DNA of 64,000 nucleotides from Thiobacillaceae bacterium (GTDB lineage Bacteria > Pseudomonadota > Gammaproteobacteria > Burkholderiales > Thiobacillaceae), in assembly GCA_040080135.1 (NCBI GenBank), contig JBEBIZ010000006.1, forward strand, positions 16,829 through 80,828. Direction: 5' to 3'. How positions within the stretch are numbered: the first letter of the stretch is position 1; the number at the start of each line of letters is the position of its first letter. Of this stretch, positions 59,802-64,000 are shown one piece after another. The position numbers were made by a program, and so were the translations under genes. The notes under the pieces were generated by a model that saw only the letters and a program-made list of their open reading frames with translations, had not been told where the DNA came from and searched no databases.

Positions 59802-59860
59802 GGTGGCTTAAAACTGGCCGACAGGTTTACACTGCAAAAACAATAACAGGAGGTGGAGAG

Positions 59861-60814
59861 ATGAATAAGCATGGTGTCGTAGGTTGCATGGCGTTAATCG
59901 CTGCACTCGGGAGTACATCCGCGTTCGCGCTGCTTGGCGGCAGCGTCGATGCCAATTCGGTCAGTTCTCCTTGGGCGGGTGTAGGTGCGGTCACCGTCGA
60001 TGGCAACGTTTTCTCCGGCGCGTTGCTTGATAGTACGCATGTTTTGACCGCGGCTCACGTGGTGAGCGGCGCGACTTTGTCCACTGTCGGTTTTACGCTC
60101 AATGTCGGCGGCGACGCAACACAGATCCTCGGCGCCACTGCGGTTCAGGTGTTTCCGGGATACACCGGCACAACGCCAGGGGCGGACGGCGTCTGGCACG
60201 ACGACCTGGCAATCATCACGCTGAGCGCGCCAGTTAGCGGCGTGGTGCCGACGTACAGCCTGTTTAACGGCAGTCTGGCGAATCAGACGATTACCCTGGT
60301 TGCGTATGGCAACGGCGGCAATGGTGTTAGTGGCGCTACCAGCGCGGCCAGTGCGAGCGTCAAGCGGGCAGGGCAAAACCGGGTGGACGTGCAGTTGATG
60401 GACGATGATGTTCCTGGCTCTACAGTCAAGGAAGTGTTTGTATTCGACTTCGACGGATCGACTGCGGCGAGCAATGTGTTTGGCGCGGACGCAGCACCCA
60501 ACCTTACGCTGGGTGCAAACATCGAAGCCCAATTTGCCAGCGGTGATTCCGGCAGCCCGGTGTTTGTCAATGATGGCGGCGTGTGGAAGATCGCAGGCAT
60601 CGCCAACTTCATCGGTAGCACGACTCAGTCTTCAGGCAGCGATGCATTGTTTGGCGCTATCGGCGGCGGCACCATCGTGGCCTCGTATATCCCATGGATT
60701 ACGTCGGCATTGGCCACGCCCGTGCCGGAACCGCACACCTGGCTGCTGCTGCTGGCGGGGCTGGGGTTGGTTGGCGCGGCCAAGCTACGGCTGCGTTTTC
60801 CCGGCTGTAAATAG
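59861..60814 (+). CDS. PEP-CTERM-anchored trypsin-like (S1) serine protease
   Basis: Signal peptide, triad TAAH / DDLAI / GDSGSP, and C-terminal VPEP + TM + basic tail. RBS AGGAGG. Confidence 0.9.
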   Translation: MNKHGVVGCMALIAALGSTSAFALLGGSVDANSVSSPWAGVGAVTVDGNVFSGALLDSTHVLTAAHVVSGATLSTVGFTLNVGGDATQILGATAVQVFPGYTGTTPGADGVWHDDLAIITLSAPVSGVVPTYSLFNGSLANQTITLVAYGNGGNGVSGATSAASASVKRAGQNRVDVQLMDDDVPGSTVKEVFVFDFDGSTAASNVFGADAAPNLTLGANIEAQFASGDSGSPVFVNDGGVWKIAGIANFIGSTTQSSGSDALFGAIGGGTIVASYIPWITSALATPVPEPHTWLLLLAGLGLVGAAKLRLRFPGCK

Positions 60815-60869
60815 CCGCATCTGAGACCCCGACAAGCGGATCATCGATGATTACATGTATGCGTTTTTA

Positions 60870-60895
60870 ATGCCTGGCAGAATTCTGCCAGGCAT
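60870..60895. repeat. Perfect 26 bp palindrome
   Basis: ATGCCTGGCAGAA-TTCTGCCAGGCAT, with no U-tract on either side. Confidence 0.9.
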
Positions 60896-61066
60896 CTTCC
60901 AAAAGTTCGTCTGTAGGACAAACACCCACAAACAAGACGATCCTTGTCTTACAGTAAATCCAGCGCTAGTCCGTATTTAGTAAGTCAGCCCCCTGCCGAC
61001 AATGTATTCACTGCACCGAGAACATGTTTCGAAGTCTCTGCTCGGTGAACCTAAAAGGGGAATGCA

Positions 61067-61381
61067 ATGAAACTGGACGAAATGCTGGACGAAATGCGCG
61101 ACGTGAATCTGAGCTATCTGTTGCTGGCCCAGAACATGATCCAACAAGACAAAACCACCGCGATTTACCGGCTTGGAATCAGCCAGGACATGGCCGACAT
61201 CCTCGAAGACCTGACGTCTGCACAGGTTTTAAAGCTGTCACGCTCGGGCACGATGGTATCGCGCTTCCGTTTTGACGATGCGACGGTGCTGGGCATGTTG
61301 ACCAGCTACACCAAGGATCGCGCACTCTCGCAATCACATGCTGCCATTTTGATGTCTGCCCAGCAAGTCGAAGTGTGCTGA
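61067..61381 (+). CDS. flhD: Flagellar master regulator FlhD
   Basis: NLSYLLLAQ.MI..D...A..RLGIS...AD.L..L...Q..KL. Confidence 0.93.
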   Translation: MKLDEMLDEMRDVNLSYLLLAQNMIQQDKTTAIYRLGISQDMADILEDLTSAQVLKLSRSGTMVSRFRFDDATVLGMLTSYTKDRALSQSHAAILMSAQQVEVC

Positions 61382-61420
61382 GCAAGATCGTCCCGATAAT
61401 AACGAATCAAATAAAAAATC

Positions 61421-61987
61421 ATGAGCAAAAAAAGTCTGCTTTCAGAAGTCAAACAAACCCAGCTTGCCATTGAACTGATTCAAGTCGGCGCACGGCCTCA
61501 GGTGCTGGAATCGGAAACCACGCTGTCGCGGGAGCGGATTTTAAAGTTGTACAAGGAAGTCAAAGGCGTGTCGCCGCCTAAAGGCATGTTGCCCTTCTCG
61601 ACCGACTGGTTTCTGACCTGGCTGCCCAATGTGCACTCTTCGCTGTTTATCAATATCTATCGGTTCATCACCAAAAACAGCACTTGCTCGGGCGTTGAGG
61701 CGATTCTCAAAAGCTACCAGCTGTACCAGGAATATCTGTACAACAACGAACATGAAGAGGTGCTGAGTTTCACGCGCGCCTGGACACTGGTTCGGTTTTT
61801 CGACAGCCATATGCTGCAAACCACGAGCTGCTGCGAGTGCTCAGGCAACTTTATCGTTCACCCCGATGACCTGCATCATGATTATCGGTGCGGCCTCTGC
61901 CACATGCCTTCGCGCGCCGGAAAAACCAAAAAATCCAAGGCCGCTGCCTACGCCAATCAGCAATTGCAATACACAGCAGCAGCTTAA
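61421..61987 (+). CDS. flhC: Flagellar master regulator FlhC
   Basis: GARPQVLESET.LSR, SPPKGMLPFSTDWF and Zn-finger C..C...C..C. Confidence 0.95.
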   Translation: MSKKSLLSEVKQTQLAIELIQVGARPQVLESETTLSRERILKLYKEVKGVSPPKGMLPFSTDWFLTWLPNVHSSLFINIYRFITKNSTCSGVEAILKSYQLYQEYLYNNEHEEVLSFTRAWTLVRFFDSHMLQTTSCCECSGNFIVHPDDLHHDYRCGLCHMPSRAGKTKKSKAAAYANQQLQYTAAA

Positions 61988-62007
61988 ATTTTAATCAGGA
62001 AAATTGA

Positions 62008-62766
62008 ATGAGGTCGCCGCCGACCAGCGTCAAGGCGCTCCTGATTCAGGCGATTGCGTTGGTGCTGGTTGTGGTCGGCGTAGTGTTGCTCCGACGTTAT
62101 ATGGGCACACAGCCCTCGCTGATACTGGCGGTCATCGCTCAGGGAATAACGGCGGCGGTGCTCAGTGTCTGGCGCAAACTTCCACCCTGGTGGGTGCTGA
62201 TCCAGCTCATTTTCCTGCCTGCAATCCTTGCCGCACTTTGGCTAAACCTCCCCGCGAAATTCTATTTCATCGCATTTCTGGTGCTGCTCCTGTTCTACTG
62301 GAGTACGTTTCGAACCCAGGTTCCACTCTATCTTTCCGGACGGCGCGCCTGGCAATGCGTGGCCGAACAACTCCCGGTTTCATCTTCATTCCGTTTCATT
62401 GATCTTGGCAGCGGAGTAGGCGGCTTGCCGCTGTATCTGGCGTCGGTCAGGCTAGCGGGGGAATATCACGGAATTGAAGTCGCACCAGCCCCCTGGCTGA
62501 TAAGCCGGATGCGGGCGCTGCTGTCTGGCAGCCAAGTCCAGTTTCATCGCAAGGATTACGGTCGCATCACGCTCGCGGATTACGACGTGGTTTTTGTATT
62601 CCTGTCCCCGGCAGCCATGGACGGTATCTGGCGCAAGGCGCAGGCAGAAATGCGCAGCGGGACACTGTTGCTCAGCCTGTCCTTTCCCGTACCCGATGTG
62701 CCGCCAAGCTTCACCGCCCAGGTCGCGGGTGGAGCGCGACATGTCTTGTATGGCTGGAGAATGTAA
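62008..62766 (+). CDS. Membrane-anchored class I SAM methyltransferase
   Basis: Three to four N-terminal TM helices, then VPLYLS, FIDLGSGVGG, GIE..P and DVVFVFLSP..M. Confidence 0.8.
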   Translation: MRSPPTSVKALLIQAIALVLVVVGVVLLRRYMGTQPSLILAVIAQGITAAVLSVWRKLPPWWVLIQLIFLPAILAALWLNLPAKFYFIAFLVLLLFYWSTFRTQVPLYLSGRRAWQCVAEQLPVSSSFRFIDLGSGVGGLPLYLASVRLAGEYHGIEVAPAPWLISRMRALLSGSQVQFHRKDYGRITLADYDVVFVFLSPAAMDGIWRKAQAEMRSGTLLLSLSFPVPDVPPSFTAQVAGGARHVLYGWRM

Positions 62767-62918
62767 GACCAGGTTTGTGCCGGGCGATTATTTTTGCTGT
62801 TGCCGCATTAAGTTTTAAGCATACAAGTCGAATCCTCAGGATATGAATCTTGCTGCATGTGAGCCATACAAGCCCATGTTCGCAGCGCAGTGCTGCAATT
62901 TTTGAGGAAGGCTGAATC

Positions 62919-63779
62919 GTGTTAGTCATCATTGGATATGTTGTCGTTATGGCCTCCGTGTTTGGAGGTTTCGCCATGGCGGGTGGGCACTTGGCCGCGC
63001 TCTTGCAGCCCCTTGAGCTGCTGATGATTGGCGGCGGCGCGGCGGGCGCATTCTTCGTTGGTAATAACGGAAAATCCATCAAGGCCACCATGAAGGCTTT
63101 GCCCAGTATTTTTAAAGGCTCAAAATACACACGGGCGCTTTACATGGATTTGATGTCTTTGTTATTTGAACTGCTGTCCAAGGTGCGGAAAGAAGGTTTG
63201 ATGTCAATCGAATCGGATGTCGATAATCCGGAATCCAGCCCGCTTTTTTCAAAATATCCGTCCATTCTTTCCGATCATCATGTCGTCGAGTTCATGACCG
63301 ATTATTTCCGGCTTATGGTCAGTGGCAGCATGAATGCGCTTGAGATCGAAAACCTCATGGATAACGAAATCGAAACGCATCATCACGAAGGCGAAGTTCC
63401 CGCACATTGCGTTGCAAAATTGGGCGACGGCTTGCCCGCCTTCGGTATTGTGGCGGCGGTAATGGGCGTGGTGCATACCATGGAGTCGGTGGGTTTGCCG
63501 CCGTCCGAATTGGGGATGCTGATTGCCCACGCGCTGGTCGGCACCTTTCTCGGCATTCTGCTGGCCTACGGTTTTGTCGGTCCGCTGGCGGGATTGCTCG
63601 AACAGAAACTGCATGAATCCACCAAGATATTCCAGTGTGTGAAAGTAACTATGCTGGCGAGCTTGAATGGCTATGCGCCAGCCATTGCCGTCGAGTTTGG
63701 GCGCAAGGTGCTGTTCTCAACCGAACGTCCGTCATTCCGCGAACTGGAAGAACACGTGAAGGGTGCAAAGTCCCGCTAG
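62919..63779 (+). CDS. motA: Flagellar stator protein MotA
   Basis: GG....L.QP.E...IGG, R.EG...E, PAFGIVAAV.GV and ALVGTFLGIL..YG. Confidence 0.96.
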   Translation: MLVIIGYVVVMASVFGGFAMAGGHLAALLQPLELLMIGGGAAGAFFVGNNGKSIKATMKALPSIFKGSKYTRALYMDLMSLLFELLSKVRKEGLMSIESDVDNPESSPLFSKYPSILSDHHVVEFMTDYFRLMVSGSMNALEIENLMDNEIETHHHEGEVPAHCVAKLGDGLPAFGIVAAVMGVVHTMESVGLPPSELGMLIAHALVGTFLGILLAYGFVGPLAGLLEQKLHESTKIFQCVKVTMLASLNGYAPAIAVEFGRKVLFSTERPSFRELEEHVKGAKSR

Positions 63780-63801
63780 TGACGCGCAGACCTAAACAAA
63801 A

Positions 63802-64000
63802 ATGAGCGAAAAAGAAAAACCCATTATCGTCATCAAACGCATCAAGAAAGTTGCGGGCGGACATCATGGCGGCGCGTGGAAAATTGCCTATGCCGATTTT
63901 GTGACGGCGATGATGGCGTTTTTCCTGCTGATGTGGCTGCTGGGCTCAACGGCGAAAGGCGACCTGGCCGGTATCTCCGAGTATTTCAAAACACCGCTCA
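63802..64000 (+). CDS. motB: Flagellar stator protein MotB (5' partial)
   Basis: HHGGAWKIAYADFVTAMMAFFLLMWLL. Runs off the window end. Confidence 0.93.
   Translation, partial: MSEKEKPIIVIKRIKKVAGGHHGGAWKIAYADFVTAMMAFFLLMWLLGSTAKGDLAGISEYFKTPL

Noticed and set aside
60896-61066. c-di-GMP-I riboswitch upstream of flhD
   Set aside because: GGACAAAC resembles the motif start, but the GNRA tetraloop/receptor and P2-P3 layout are absent.
1-64000. CRISPR array, tRNA, rRNA, IS element
   Set aside because: No regularly spaced repeats, cloverleaf/CCA patterns, rRNA signatures or transposase ORFs were recognised by eye. tRNAscan/Infernal/ISEScan were not run.

Overview
A 64 kb chromosomal segment from a betaproteobacterium. 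This is inferred from gene content and order: flhDC-motAB, exbBD-lpxK-ycaR-kdsB, and an EpsD-I/exosortase B locus; GC is roughly 55-60%. The housekeeping backbone is lon-ppk2, murI, queG, tsaE-amiC-hemerythrin-mutL...miaA, xseA, exbB-exbD-lpxK-ycaR-kdsB, lysS, prfB (programmed +1 frameshift) and recJ. About 30-61 kb holds a PEP-CTERM/exosortase B exopolysaccharide locus: epsD/L/E/F/G, xrtB, epsI, gmd, fcl, wzx, a wzy-like gene, many glycosyl-, acetyl- and methyltransferases, galE and a PEP-CTERM trypsin-like protease. The window ends in flhD-flhC-(methyltransferase)-motA-motB. Accessory DNA sits at operon junctions: four intact toxin-antitoxin pairs plus one with a deleted toxin, and a 5 kb insert between mutL and miaA. 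The best candidate for an undescribed system is a lower-GC three-gene cassette in that insert (STAS+GHKL serine-kinase-like protein, DUF4325 STAS-like protein, single-pass membrane protein) bracketed by degenerate direct repeats. Other notable signals are an MshEN-like c-di-GMP motif on a catalytically degenerate EpsG, a poly-C frameshift in an EPS acyltransferase, two deletion scars, an 86 bp duplication and a DnaA-box/IHF module. No rRNA, tRNA, CRISPR array, transposase or integrase was recognised. All family assignments come from motif recognition by eye; no database searches were run.
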